From NCBI GenBank assembly GCA_035623825.1, contig DASPSR010000022.1, positions 96,001 through 160,000 on the forward strand: 64,000 nt of DNA, written 5' to 3'. Below the pieces are notes generated by a model. The model saw nothing but the letters and a program-made list of their open reading frames with translations, was not told the DNA's origin and searched no databases. Source of the stretch: Nitrospirota bacterium. Its GTDB lineage: Bacteria > Nitrospirota > UBA9217. Within the stretch, counting starts at the first letter, position 1. Each line of letters begins with the position of its first letter. Positions 1 through 12,630 of the stretch are shown one piece after another. Both the position numbers and the translations under genes were made by a program.

Positions 1-666
<666 letters not shown>

Positions 667-700
667 TTATCTGAACCTTCAGCCTTGGATGTTGCCTCCC

Positions 701-2044
<1,344 letters not shown>

Positions 2045-2131
2045 TAAATCCTCCGAGAAATTCAGGATAAAGGTTCCAAGGCGCGGCGTCCAGGGAATCA
2101 TAACCTCGCCACCGGCCTCTGACCGCGGTTC

Positions 2132-2674
2132 TTACAGCTCTTCAATCGAAATTTCTTTATTGGTGTAGATGCATATCTCCGCTGCGATCTTCATGGCTTC
2201 TTCCACGATCATTCGTGCGTCCAGCGCGGTGTGATCCATGAGCGCCCTGGCGGCAGACAGAGCGTAGGCGCCGCCAGAACCGATGGCTGCGATGCCGTTT
2301 TCCGGCTCGATCACATCGCCGCTCCCTGACAGCACGAACGAGCGTTCAGCATCCGTCACGATCATAAGCGCCTCAAGCCTGCGGAGGACCCTGTCCGTTC
2401 TCCAGTCCTTGGCAAGTTCCACGGCGGCGCGCGTGAGGTTGCCGTGGTACTGCTCCAGCTTGGCTTCGAATTTTTCGAAGAGGGTGAAGGCGTCTGCGGT
2501 GGCTCCGGCGAAACCGGCAAGGATCTTGTCGTTGTACATCTTGCGCACTTTCTTCGCGTTGTGCTTCATGACCGTGGCGCCGACCGTTACCTGCCCGTCA
2601 CCCGCGATCGCCGTCTTGCCGTTTCGTCTGACAGACAGTATCGTTGTACCGTGTAAAGGCATTGTCCCGCTCAT
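2132..2674 (-). CDS. hslV: ATP-dependent protease subunit HslV
   Basis: [21 protein letters not shown]; adjacent to hslU. Confidence 0.97.
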   Translation of the reverse strand: MSGTMPLHGTTILSVRRNGKTAIAGDGQVTVGATVMKHNAKKVRKMYNDKILAGFAGATADAFTLFEKFEAKLEQYHGNLTRAAVELAKDWRTDRVLRRLEALMIVTDAERSFVLSGSGDVIEPENGIAAIGSGGAYALSAARALMDHTALDARMIVEEAMKIAAEICIYTNKEISIEEL

Positions 2675-2815
2675 GGTGCCTCCCGCAGAGGATCGGAAGC
2701 CGGATATCCGGCCGTCAGGAGACCGATAGCAAGCCGTCACATGACGGCCTCAAGCGGAGCATCTGAGGCCCCGAGCAATTCCTGACTCGTCCCTTCTATC
2801 CTCTTCCGTTGCCGT

Positions 2816-3703
2816 CTATTTTTTTCTCGCCTTCGGATGCGCCTTGTCATACACATCCATGAGCGAGTCGAGATTGAGGTGCGTGTATCGCTGGGTGGTT
2901 GAAAGACTTGCGTGGCCCAAGAGCTCCTGGATTGCGCGGAGGTCCGCGCCGGATTCGAGCATGTGCGTGGCGAAGCTGTGTCGGAGCGTGTGCGGGCTCG
3001 CTTTCTGCTGCAGTCCCAGTTGTTTTCTGTAATTTTCTAAAATACGCTGAACCGTGCGCGCTGTCAAGCGTTTTCCTGAAGGCCCGGTGAAGACCGCCTG
3101 CGTTTCGCCGCCCCCGGGCTTCCGGTCGAGATACGTATCGATTGCGGCGAGAGCTTTTCGTCCCACGGCCACGACCCGCTCTTTCCTCCTTTTGCCTCTG
3201 ATGCGGATGAGCTGATCATGACGATTGATGTCTTCTCTATTCATTCCGGTAAGCTCGCTTGCGCGAATGCCGGTGGAGTAGAGGGTCTCAAGCACAGCGC
3301 GGTCCCTGAGCACCGAATCGTGGCCCCCGGCCTCTTTTTTGCCGGGTGCTTCCATGAGCCGTTGCGCGTCATCAGCGGTCAGTACCGCGGGAAGACGTTT
3401 TTCCTTGCGGGGGGTCGAGATCAGTCTGGCGGGGTTGTTCGTGAGAATTCCCTCACGGTTCAGGTACTTGAAGAAAGCCCTGATGGCCGAGAGTTTCCTG
3501 GCTATTGAGGATTTCCTCACCTCCAGTTCCAGGAGGTGCGCAATGAATTGCCGCAGGGTCTGATGGTCGACGCTGGAGAAATCGGTTTCGCCGAGAAAGT
3601 CCGAGAACTGCTCCAAGTCGGAAAGGTAGCTACGCTCTGTGTGAGGAGAAACATTTCTTGCGCTCTTGAGATAATTGATGAAATCGAAGATGTGCTTTCG
3701 CAT
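2816..3703 (-). CDS. xerC: Tyrosine recombinase XerC
   Basis: RD..LYSTGIR, HTLRHSFATH, LGH..LSTTQRY; topA-xerC-hslVU synteny. Confidence 0.92.
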   Translation of the reverse strand: MRKHIFDFINYLKSARNVSPHTERSYLSDLEQFSDFLGETDFSSVDHQTLRQFIAHLLELEVRKSSIARKLSAIRAFFKYLNREGILTNNPARLISTPRKEKRLPAVLTADDAQRLMEAPGKKEAGGHDSVLRDRAVLETLYSTGIRASELTGMNREDINRHDQLIRIRGKRRKERVVAVGRKALAAIDTYLDRKPGGGETQAVFTGPSGKRLTARTVQRILENYRKQLGLQQKASPHTLRHSFATHMLESGADLRAIQELLGHASLSTTQRYTHLNLDSLMDVYDKAHPKARKK

Positions 3704-3775
3704 AATGTTACTTTATCGCAAGAGAGGCGATTTTGCAAGAGAGATGGAGGGGGGCCAGCAGGCGGCATCGAGAGT

Positions 3776-6085
3776 CTATGCTGCGCTCCCTGTCGGAGCT
3801 TGCTCTTTTCCATCCGGGTTCTGTCCAGTGGTTTCGGTTTTCGGTTCCTCCTTATACCCGCACTCTTTCTTCAGGCAGGCGATAAAGGGCCCTGTCTTCT
3901 TCGAATATTTTTCCACGAGGAACGGCGCGCCGCACTGTGGACAAGGCCTGGAAACGGGCTTGTACCAGATGGCGAATTTGCACGCAGGATAGTTGGAACA
4001 GGAATAGAACACCTTCCCGAAGCGAGAACGCCGCTCAACGATCTTTCCTCCGTCTTCGGGGCAGGTCACGCCTGTTGACATCCCTTGGGTATAGTTGCAT
4101 TCGGGATAGCGCGAGCAAGCGAGGAACTTGCCGAACCTTCCACGTTTGACCACCATCGGAGAGCCGCACTTCGGGCACTTTTCGTCCGTGGTCTCCTCGG
4201 GCGCGGCCTCTACCTCGCCGTTCTCCCTGCGCACGAAAGGCTTCGTGTTTTTGCAGTCCGGGTAGCCGCTGCACGCAAGGAACTGTCCGTTCCGACCCCA
4301 CTTGATGACCATGGGTTTGCCGCATTTTTCGCAAGCGATGTCCGTGGCTATCTGCTCTGCCTTGAAATCTTTCATGTCCGCCTGCGCCTTCTCAAGGCTC
4401 TCGTTAAAGGGTTTGTAGAAATCTTTTACCGCTTCGACCCACTGCATCTGGCCTTCTTCGATCTTATCCAGCTCTTCTTCCATGCGGGCGGTAAAGGCTA
4501 CGTCCATCACCACAGGGAAGTGGTTCACGAGCAGGTCACTTACGAGAATGCCGAGTTCAGTGGGCCTGAACCTGTTCTCCACCTTCTGGACATAGTGCCG
4601 GTCCTGGATAGTGGATATTATGGCCGCATAGGTGCTTGGTCTTCCGATGCCTTTTTCTTCGAGCGTCTTGACGAGTAAAGCTTCTGAGAAACGAGGCGGC
4701 GGCTGGGTGAAGTGCTGCTTGGGATCGAGCTTGATGAGCCTGAGCATCTCTCCTTCGCTGAGGGGCGGGAGGACGGCTTCCCCGTTTTCATCGTCGGTCA
4801 CCATGTCCTCGGGCTTCTCCTCCATGTAGACAGCCATGAACCCGGGAAATTTGACGGTCGATCCCGTGGCGCGGAATGTGTAGTCGCCGGCCTTGATGTC
4901 CACCGATGTCTGGTCGATGACTGCGGAACTCATCTGGCTTGCCACGAAACGGTTCCAGATCAGCTTGTACAGTTTATACTGGTCTTTTTCGAGATACTTC
5001 ATCATCGACTCGGGTTCGCGCAACGCCGAAGTGGGTCGTATGGCTTCGTGCGCCTCCTGTGCGGATTTGGCGCTGGCGTACACCGGCGGCTTTTCCGGCA
5101 GGTAGTCCCTGCCGTATTTGCTGGCAATGAGCTCCCGCGCCTCCTCCTGCGCCTCCTTTCCCACACGGGTGGAGTCGGTCCTCATATAGGTAATGAGCCC
5201 GGTGGTGCCTTCCTTGCCCAGGTCAACGCCCTCATACAGCGACTGGGCGATCCCCATTGTTCTCTTCGCGGTGAAGCCCAGCTTGCGGCCGGCCTCCTGC
5301 TGGAGCTTGCTCGTGGTGAAGGGCGGGACGGGATTTCTCCGTCGCTCCTTCTTTTCAACTTTTGTCACGGCATAGGGTTTGCCCTGCAGGTCATCGAGGA
5401 TCTTCTGAACCTCTTCGTTGTTCTTGACCCTTAGTTTTTCTTCGTCTTTCTTCAGGAGCCTGGCCTCGAACTGCGGCGGGGTTTTCCCCTCGAGGAGCGC
5501 GGTGAGCGACCAGAACTCCTCAGGTACGAATGCCTTGATCTCTTCTTCACGCTCACGGATCAGGCGCAGGGCAACGGACTGCACACGGCCCGCGGAGAGT
5601 CCGCGCCGGACTTTTTTCCAGAGAATGGGGCTGATCTGGTAACCCACGAGACGATCGAGCACGCGCCGTGCCTGCTGGGCATCGACTTTGTTCTCGTCGA
5701 TCTTGCCCGGATGCTCGATTGCCAGGAGGATGGCCTTCTTGGTAATCTCGTTGAACAGCACGCGGTAGATCTCCGCGGTCTTGGCGCTGTCCGCTATGGT
5801 CTCCGCAACATGCGAGGCGATGGCCTCGCCTTCTCGGTCCGGGTCGGTCGCGATCAAGATGCGGTCGGCCTTTTTTGCGGCGGACTTGAGCTCTTTCACG
5901 ACGGGGGCTTTCCCCTTGATCATGATGTACTTCGGCTCGAAGTCCTTCTCTATGTCCACACCGAGCCTGCTCTTGGGCAGGTCCATGATATGGCCAACGG
6001 AGGCTTTGACCGTAAAGTTCTTGCCGAGGTACTTGGCGATGGTTTTCGCTTTTGCCGGTGACTCGACTATCACGAGTGATTTCAT
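3776..6085 (-). CDS. topA: DNA topoisomerase I
   Basis: LVIVESPAKAKTI, DPDREGEAI, SAGRVQS, ITYMRTDS, C-terminal Zn ribbons. Confidence 0.98.
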   Translation of the reverse strand: MKSLVIVESPAKAKTIAKYLGKNFTVKASVGHIMDLPKSRLGVDIEKDFEPKYIMIKGKAPVVKELKSAAKKADRILIATDPDREGEAIASHVAETIADSAKTAEIYRVLFNEITKKAILLAIEHPGKIDENKVDAQQARRVLDRLVGYQISPILWKKVRRGLSAGRVQSVALRLIREREEEIKAFVPEEFWSLTALLEGKTPPQFEARLLKKDEEKLRVKNNEEVQKILDDLQGKPYAVTKVEKKERRRNPVPPFTTSKLQQEAGRKLGFTAKRTMGIAQSLYEGVDLGKEGTTGLITYMRTDSTRVGKEAQEEARELIASKYGRDYLPEKPPVYASAKSAQEAHEAIRPTSALREPESMMKYLEKDQYKLYKLIWNRFVASQMSSAVIDQTSVDIKAGDYTFRATGSTVKFPGFMAVYMEEKPEDMVTDDENGEAVLPPLSEGEMLRLIKLDPKQHFTQPPPRFSEALLVKTLEEKGIGRPSTYAAIISTIQDRHYVQKVENRFRPTELGILVSDLLVNHFPVVMDVAFTARMEEELDKIEEGQMQWVEAVKDFYKPFNESLEKAQADMKDFKAEQIATDIACEKCGKPMVIKWGRNGQFLACSGYPDCKNTKPFVRRENGEVEAAPEETTDEKCPKCGSPMVVKRGRFGKFLACSRYPECNYTQGMSTGVTCPEDGGKIVERRSRFGKVFYSCSNYPACKFAIWYKPVSRPCPQCGAPFLVEKYSKKTGPFIACLKKECGYKEEPKTETTGQNPDGKEQAPTGSAA

Positions 6086-6188
6086 TCTATAAAAACCTTC
6101 TTACCACGGAGCGCATGGAAGGGCTTACACGCGAGCGATGTCTGGGATTCGATTTCGCCCTGCAGCGATTCCGGGTGAAGCAGTCTAT

Positions 6189-6665
6189 TTAATTCCACGC
6201 TGTCTTTTTAATGCGCCGGAGGTCCGCAGCGAAGCTGTGCTCTTGTTCCTGAGGATTCACGAACAGAACGAATGCGATGAGGTTTTTGATGTGGTCAAGC
6301 TCGATTCGCCCGGCGTTTATCGTCATGGCCTTCTCGAGCAGATCCTCGCGCTCATCGTCGGAAATTATGCCGAGATGGGCGAGCTTTGAGGCAAAGCCGA
6401 AGGCATCGATTGTGAACCGATCGCGTTCTTCCCGGTTCATAGCCCTCATCCGGACTGTTGCCGCGTTCTGTACCGTGGTGAAAAAACTTTCGGACTGTTT
6501 CTGCACGAGCGTCTGCATGAGCGTAAGCGCAGCGTCCGCCTCATGGAGCCGGCACCCGCTGTTAAGCAGGACCTGCATGATCTTGCCCTCGTTGTCAAAC
6601 AGTTCCTGCTTGTTCCTCACCTGACCAGCGATGAGCGAGAAAAGGTTCATCATCAGTTCGTTCAA
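6189..6665 (-). CDS. Smg/DUF494 family protein
   Basis: About 158 aa with Smg-like pattern (R.M..EER.RF, LGII...ERE); lies upstream of topA as smg usually does; TTG start chosen by RBS. Confidence 0.7.
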   Translation of the reverse strand: MNELMMNLFSLIAGQVRNKQELFDNEGKIMQVLLNSGCRLHEADAALTLMQTLVQKQSESFFTTVQNAATVRMRAMNREERDRFTIDAFGFASKLAHLGIISDDEREDLLEKAMTINAGRIELDHIKNLIAFVLFVNPQEQEHSFAADLRRIKKTAWN

Positions 6666-6805
6666 AATTTCCCCCAAGATAAAAGTTCGAACGTGGCCCT
6701 CTGGGCCCGCGGAACGTTGCTGAGCCCTTTCAAGAAGAACGCAGGATGAACGTTTTCCCCAATCCGCTGTCCGTCTAAGAGGCAGTCCTGCGTTCAAGGG
6801 TAGAA

Positions 6806-6833
6806 ATTATACCGACTCGGGAAAGATAGTCAA
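6806..6833 (-). promoter_or_regulatory. Sigma70-type promoter for the smg-topA-xerC-hslVU block
   Basis: Minus strand TTGACT-16nt-TATAAT. Confidence 0.7.
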
Positions 6834-7222
6834 GTTTTTTTTTTGCCCTGAGGGTCGGGTTGCGTTGGGGAAGATCATCATCGGCAAGAGCGCCAGCACG
6901 CCCCACCGTATCCCATTTTTCTAAGGACAGGTCTGCTAAAAGTTGGTATAATTCTTTTATATTACTTTTTTATGTGGCAGATCCATAGCGCTTCGAGTGA
7001 CAAAAAGTTGCATAATAGCTGGTGCCGGCCACGAGATTGGTAAATTTGACCGATGGCGGGCGATGAAGAAATCGGTATCCCGGCAAGTCTGGACATCGGA
7101 AATGGCATCTCGCCGGGATTGCACCTGGTTACACTCTTGTCGCAAGACCAGCCAGGCGGCCACGGTGAATTTATGCGGAACGGAAAAACCGGCTGCCGAA
7201 TCCGGTTTGAAGGAGTAGACGC

Positions 7223-9478
7223 ATGAACAAAGGGACAATCCTCGTCGTTGAAGACGGGGTCATCATTGCTGATGATATAAGAAGCCATTTACAGAAATTC
7301 GGCTACGACGTCCCGTCGATAGCAAAGTCCGGAGAAGAAGCGCTGATGAAGGTCCGCAACATACGGCCGGACCTCGTCCTCATGGATATAGCGTTGCGCG
7401 GAAGGATGGACGGCATCGAAACGGCGGAAAGAATCCGTTCCGAGTTCAATATCCCGGTCGTGTACCTTACAGCCTTCGAAGATGATCGGAACCTTAAGCG
7501 GGCGAAAATAACCGAGCCATTCGACTACATCGTCATGCCTTTTGCGGATCGGGACCTGCATAAGACTATCGAGATGGCCCTCTACAGGCATAGGGTAGAG
7601 GGAAAATTAAAAGAGAGCGAGGAGAAATTCCGCAGGATCGTTGAGACGGCGCGGGAGGGGATCTGGGTGCTGGATACGGAGGACAGGACAACCTACGTAA
7701 ACAAGCGCATGGCGGAGATGCTCGGATACCGCGAGGAAGAGATGATCGGGAAAAAGCCATTTGACTTCCTCATTGAGAGGGAACAAGCAAGGGCGCAGCA
7801 GGGTTTCGAGCTCCACGGGGTTGAAATAGGGGAAGTCCGTGATTTTAAATTTCATCGCAGGGACGGTTCATTCCTCTGGGGAATGCTTTCCACCATGCCT
7901 ATCCAGGATTCTGAAGGCAAGATCATCGGGTTCCTCGGCCTGATCACCGATGTCACCGAACGCAAACGGGCAGAAGCGGCGTTAAAGGAATCACATGAAA
8001 GGCTCATAACAATTCTTGAGAGCCTGGACGCTATCGTGTACGTAGCGGATATGGAGACGAATGAGGTGCTGTTCGCGAACAATTATGCCCGCAAGGTTTT
8101 CGGCGACATCGTCGGCAAGGTATGCTGGAGTACGCTCCAGGAGGGACAAGACGGCCCCTGCGGCTTCTGCACGAATGACAAGTTGCTTACTGCGGATGGT
8201 AAGCCCGCGGGTGTTTGTGCATGGGAATTTCAAAATACCTTCACCGGAAAGTGGTTTGATGTCCGGGATCGGGCCATCCTTTGGCTCGACGGCCGCATGG
8301 TCCGTCTGGAGATCGCAACAGACATTACAGCGCGCAAAAGGATGGAAGAAGAGGTCATCAAGTCGCAGAAACTTGAATCCATAGGGATTCTTGCCGGAGG
8401 CATCGCCCATGACTTCAATAACATTCTGACTGGCATCATGGGCAATATCTCGCTTGTCATGCTCGACAGGGATCTGGCGGAAAAGACTCGACAGAGGCTA
8501 GCGGGGGCGGAGAAATCATGTCTCAGGGCCAAGGACCTGACCCAACGGCTGCTTACATTCGCCAAGGGGGGCGCCCCTGTGAAGAAAATCTCTTCTGTGC
8601 CTTCATTACTCAAGGACGCGGCTGGATTCGCGCTCGCGGGAACAACGGTAAAGTGTGAATTCATTCTGCCTGAGGAAGACTGTTTTGCTGAAATTGATGA
8701 GGGACAGATTCGTCAGGTCATTCATAATATCATCATGAACGCCGTCGAGTCCATGCCGCAAGGGGGAATGGTAAAGGTGGCCTGTGAAAAAATTGCGCAG
8801 AGGATGGACGACGGCGTGCCCCTGCAGGCAGGCGACTATGCAAAAATTACCATCCAGGACTCGGGAACAGGGATCTCTCCTGAAAACATGCCGAGGATAT
8901 TTGATCCTTATTTCACGACCAAGGAGAAGCGGGCTGGGATGGGTCTCGCTACAAGCTATTCCATAATCAAGAACCACGGCGGATACATTACCGCAGAATC
9001 AGAGCGGAGAAAAGGGACGACCATTCTCATCTACCTTCCGACTGTCATGACGGCATCTATGCCCCCGACGGCAGAAGACGTGAAGTTCACCGCTACCGGC
9101 GGCAGGATTCTGGTCATGGATGACGAAGAGGTCATCAGGGACGTTGTCGGTGAGATACTCGTTCACCTCGGATATGAAGTCGCATTCGCAGGAGACGGCG
9201 CCGAAGCAATAAGACGTTATCAAGAGGCGATGAGAGCTTCCCGGCCGTTTCATGCGGTCATCATGGACCTGACCATCCCGGGAGGGATGGGCGGAAAAGA
9301 GGCTATTGCCAAGCTGCGCGAGATTGATGCAAATGTGAAAGCGATCGTATCGAGCGGCTATTCGAACGATCCCGTCATGGCCAACTTCACAGAATACGGC
9401 TTTAGCGGAGTCGTTACAAAACCCTATAAGATGAAGGAGCTCGGCGAAATCCTCAGAAGGGCACTTTCTGATACGTGA
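7223..9478 (+). CDS. Hybrid sensor histidine kinase (REC-PAS-PAS-HisKA-HATPase-REC)
   Basis: N-terminal receiver, two PAS, AGGIAHDFNNIL, DSGTG, FTTK, C-terminal receiver. Confidence 0.95.
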   Translation: MNKGTILVVEDGVIIADDIRSHLQKFGYDVPSIAKSGEEALMKVRNIRPDLVLMDIALRGRMDGIETAERIRSEFNIPVVYLTAFEDDRNLKRAKITEPFDYIVMPFADRDLHKTIEMALYRHRVEGKLKESEEKFRRIVETAREGIWVLDTEDRTTYVNKRMAEMLGYREEEMIGKKPFDFLIEREQARAQQGFELHGVEIGEVRDFKFHRRDGSFLWGMLSTMPIQDSEGKIIGFLGLITDVTERKRAEAALKESHERLITILESLDAIVYVADMETNEVLFANNYARKVFGDIVGKVCWSTLQEGQDGPCGFCTNDKLLTADGKPAGVCAWEFQNTFTGKWFDVRDRAILWLDGRMVRLEIATDITARKRMEEEVIKSQKLESIGILAGGIAHDFNNILTGIMGNISLVMLDRDLAEKTRQRLAGAEKSCLRAKDLTQRLLTFAKGGAPVKKISSVPSLLKDAAGFALAGTTVKCEFILPEEDCFAEIDEGQIRQVIHNIIMNAVESMPQGGMVKVACEKIAQRMDDGVPLQAGDYAKITIQDSGTGISPENMPRIFDPYFTTKEKRAGMGLATSYSIIKNHGGYITAESERRKGTTILIYLPTVMTASMPPTAEDVKFTATGGRILVMDDEEVIRDVVGEILVHLGYEVAFAGDGAEAIRRYQEAMRASRPFHAVIMDLTIPGGMGGKEAIAKLREIDANVKAIVSSGYSNDPVMANFTEYGFSGVVTKPYKMKELGEILRRALSDT

Positions 9479-9497
9479 GGACTTTACTGCCCGCCCT

Positions 9498-10133
9498 TCA
9501 GATGTTTCTCGATGGACAGATGTCGTAGAGGACGCATTCCCCGTGGTTCGGCTTCTTCGCCTGGCATATTTCCCTCCCGTGAAAGATAAGGAGATGCGAT
9601 AAATTGCCCCATTCCCTTTTGGGGGTGATAGACATCAAATCGTCCTCGATCTTGACGGGGTCCTGGTGTTTGGTGAGCCCGAGCCGGTTGGCAAGCCTCT
9701 TCACGTGGGTATCAACGGCGACGCCCTCATTGATCCCGAAAGCGTAGGACAGCACGATGTTCGCTGTTTTCCGGGCCACACCGGGCAGGCTGATGAGCCC
9801 CTCCATGGTCTGCGGCATTTCCCCTCCGAATTTCTCGAGAATCATCTTACCGGCCTTGTTGATGCTCTTTGCCTTGTTGTTGAAGAAGTTTACGGACCTG
9901 ATGTCTTCCGCGAGTTTTTCGGGTGTCGTTTCCGCGAAGTCCCGCACGGTCCGGTATTTCTTGAACAACCCTTCGGTCACCTTGTTGACCTGCACGTCCG
10001 TGGTCTGCGCCGAGAGGATTGTCGCGATAAGGAGCTCGAAGGGTGACGAGAATCGGAGCGCCGTCTGCTGCGTACCAGCATATTCCTTTTTGAGGCTCTT
10101 CAGAATGATCGTTATCTTGTCCCGCTTGTCCAT
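9498..10133 (-). CDS. nth: Endonuclease III
   Basis: LIATILSAQTTD, LPGVARKTAN, VDTHVKR, C-terminal Cys cluster; start at 10133 with GGAGG RBS. Confidence 0.95.
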   Translation of the reverse strand: MDKRDKITIILKSLKKEYAGTQQTALRFSSPFELLIATILSAQTTDVQVNKVTEGLFKKYRTVRDFAETTPEKLAEDIRSVNFFNNKAKSINKAGKMILEKFGGEMPQTMEGLISLPGVARKTANIVLSYAFGINEGVAVDTHVKRLANRLGLTKHQDPVKIEDDLMSITPKREWGNLSHLLIFHGREICQAKKPNHGECVLYDICPSRNI

Positions 10134-10370
10134 AAACCCTCCCTTGTCCGTCTCCCCTCTTTCCGGCCATGTGCGGGATCGGGTTTCCCCATGTGCCGCA
10201 TCACTTCGGGAAAAAGGGAATAGCGGCACTGTCTCGAGCGTTCCTCGAGGAACGGAGCGAAAGAAATCTCTACAACCGTCCCCATTGCAATTCCTTTCCC
10301 TCTGGATTGGTTCTGTGAGGGGTCTGGCAGAATGTCTGTCCCATGCCATCTCCGGGTGCAGAATAACGCC

Positions 10371-11051
10371 TCAAGAGAGGAATCGATCCCTGTTCTCCAT
10401 AAGATATGCCATGGTCCTCGATTTGTCAAATGTCGTATCCCTGTTCCGTTCGAAGAGCGATTTGAGGTCGTCCTTGGTGTCCACATCCTGCCACTCGGGC
10501 ACGAGATGAACTCGAAGCGACGCCTCGTGAAGAATGCCCATAGTCTCCCGAAAAACCGTACTCGTGCCCCAGACAATGCCGTGAAATACGTTCGGCAGGA
10601 ACGAGCCCCTGTTACAGCCGATGAGGTAATATCCGCCATCAGCAGCCGGGCCCATGACCACATCGTTCGTCCCGAGAGATTCAATGGCCTCATTGAGGAC
10701 AGCCGGAGTGACATCCGGAATGTCACTTCCGAGGAGCACGGCTCTCGTAAAGCCTTCTGTAAAGACTTTTCTGAAGGCCCTCTCCATGTTTTCTCCCAGA
10801 TCATCCCCCGCCTGCGGAATATAGTGAAAGTGAGGGCCGAGCCAGCTGGCCAATGCCTCACCGGCGTCAGGCGGATGGAAAAAGATCCTGAACGGGTGGC
10901 CGCTCTTCACTATCGCGTCGATGGTGTCGAGGACGAAGTTCCTGTACAGTTCGAGAGCGGCATCTTCGCCTATGGCCGAGCCGAGGCGCGATTTTATCTT
11001 TCCTTTGACCGGTGCCCTGACGAATAGAAGGATGATCGATTGATTCCGCAT
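10371..11051 (-). CDS. TIGR04282/DUF2064-type (arsenosugar-associated) glycosyltransferase-like protein
   Basis: FVRAP..GKIKSRL, Q.G.DLGE.M, GSDIP, GPAADGGYYLIG, DVDT..DL. Confidence 0.88.
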   Translation of the reverse strand: MRNQSIILLFVRAPVKGKIKSRLGSAIGEDAALELYRNFVLDTIDAIVKSGHPFRIFFHPPDAGEALASWLGPHFHYIPQAGDDLGENMERAFRKVFTEGFTRAVLLGSDIPDVTPAVLNEAIESLGTNDVVMGPAADGGYYLIGCNRGSFLPNVFHGIVWGTSTVFRETMGILHEASLRVHLVPEWQDVDTKDDLKSLFERNRDTTFDKSRTMAYLMENRDRFLS

Positions 11052-11365
11052 TTGTAGAAGTTCGGAGGAATACTCACCAAAAGAGCGAATTTTGGAGCAC
11101 AAAAGGTTCTCCTGTGCCCCTTTTCGCATTATAGTAAGTATTACACAAATAAAGGGCCAATTCAAGGGGAACTGCCGGGTACGCAAACGTCAATCAATGA
11201 AAGTATTGATCACTGAGCTCGCAGAACCCGCTCCCCATCACATTGAGAACGGCGCGCGGCTTGACCGGATTCGATGGGGAAGCGGATTGTCAGACATGGT
11301 TGTGAGAATTGGGATCCACGCAAGCCGGAAAGAGTTATAATGTAGATAATCAAGGGGAGATGGAT

Positions 11366-11596
11366 ATGCCGAAGGAAGATACCGTAACGGTGCGGGGGAA
11401 GATCACCGAAGCACTCCCCGGCAGCAGGTTCAGGGTTGAATTGGAGACCGGCCAAACGGTCGTGGCGTATTTGTCAGGGAAAATGCGGATACACTACGTG
11501 AAGATCGTGCCGGGAGACCGCGTGATGGTCGAGCTCTCCGCCTACGATCTGACAAAGGGCAGGATCACATATCGGCTGAAACATGAAGCTGCGTGA
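11366..11596 (+). CDS. infA: Translation initiation factor IF-1
   Basis: [41 protein letters not shown]. Confidence 0.95.
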   Translation: MPKEDTVTVRGKITEALPGSRFRVELETGQTVVAYLSGKMRIHYVKIVPGDRVMVELSAYDLTKGRITYRLKHEAA

Positions 11597-11640
11597 ACTC
11601 CAAAGAGCACGGGAGGATTTCTCAGCGGGCACCCTGCCTG

Positions 11641-12603
11641 CTAGGTCGCTGATCCTGTTCAGGTGGATCCACTGCCGGCGGTGCAACCGAAACAATGATC
11701 GTCCACCGCTATGAGCCGCGCAGAGAGGCGAGCGAAGTCGAAGTCCCTGATATGCGCGGGAACGGAGGAATCCACCGTGAGACCGAGGGCCTGGTTGAAA
11801 TCACAGTCAAAGAGGGTTCCGTCCCATCGTACGCTGATCAGGTGACGGCACATAATGTCATCGAGGGTTCGGTGGTTGAAGGCGCAGACAAGAGCATGCA
11901 TATATTTTTCGAGGTTGCCGGTCCGTGCGAGAAACTCCCTGAACCTGCCAATCGGCATGTTCGTGATAGCAAAGAGACGATCGAATGAGATGTCGAAGCG
12001 GTCCTTCAATTCGCGCTTGTATTCATATTCGAGGGTGTTCTGTGCCGGCGGGAGGAGCGCTCCTGGAGGATTGTATACGAGGTTCAGGTTCCTCTCTCCG
12101 GTCCCCTTGCCGTATCCGAGGCTGTTCAGTTTCTGCAGGGCTGCGATACTTTTTCTGAATGTTCCAATGCCGCGCACCCTGTCCACATTATTTTCAAGAT
12201 AGTAGGGGAGAGAGGCGATGAGATCCACGTCGTTTTCATGGTAGAATCGGGGGAGATCGTCCATGCCTTCCTCCTGGAAAATGGAAAGGTTAGTCCGGGC
12301 GATCACCTTGCGGCCTAGTTTTCGCGCTTCCTTTACCAGATAGCGGAAGTTAGGATTCAGCTCCGGCGCGCCTCCTGTTATGTCAAGGATGTTGATGGGG
12401 CTTATTGAAAGCGCCCGGAGAACCTCGTCAACCGTGCCTCGGTCCATCATTTCTGTCCGTGAGGATCCGGCCGCAAGGTGGCAATGTTTGCAGGCCAGGT
12501 TGCATCGGTAGCCGATGTTCACCTGGAGCGTCGCTATCTCCAGTGCTTTCAACGGTCCCGGCCTCGCGGAGAGGACTTTTTTAGAAAACTCGGTTTCTTT
12601 CAT
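11641..12603 (-). CDS. arsS: ArsS-type radical SAM selenoprotein (UGA at 11661-11659 read as Sec)
   Basis: CNLACKHC, DITGGAPELNP, DCDFNQ, C-terminus HCFGCTAGSGST-UGA-TGSAT-UAG aligning with the family CTAG.GSSC motif. Confidence 0.88.
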
Positions 12604-12630
12604 GGCACCCTGCATGTCCGCTCGTACCGT

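Noticed and set aside
2816-3703. Prophage or island integrase
   Set aside because: topA-xerC-hslVU context identifies it as housekeeping XerC; no phage genes nearby
10112-10285. Small ORF MGTVVEISFAPF... upstream of nth
   Set aside because: Has a possible RBS but no recognisable motif, and it overlaps the nth start; unsupported
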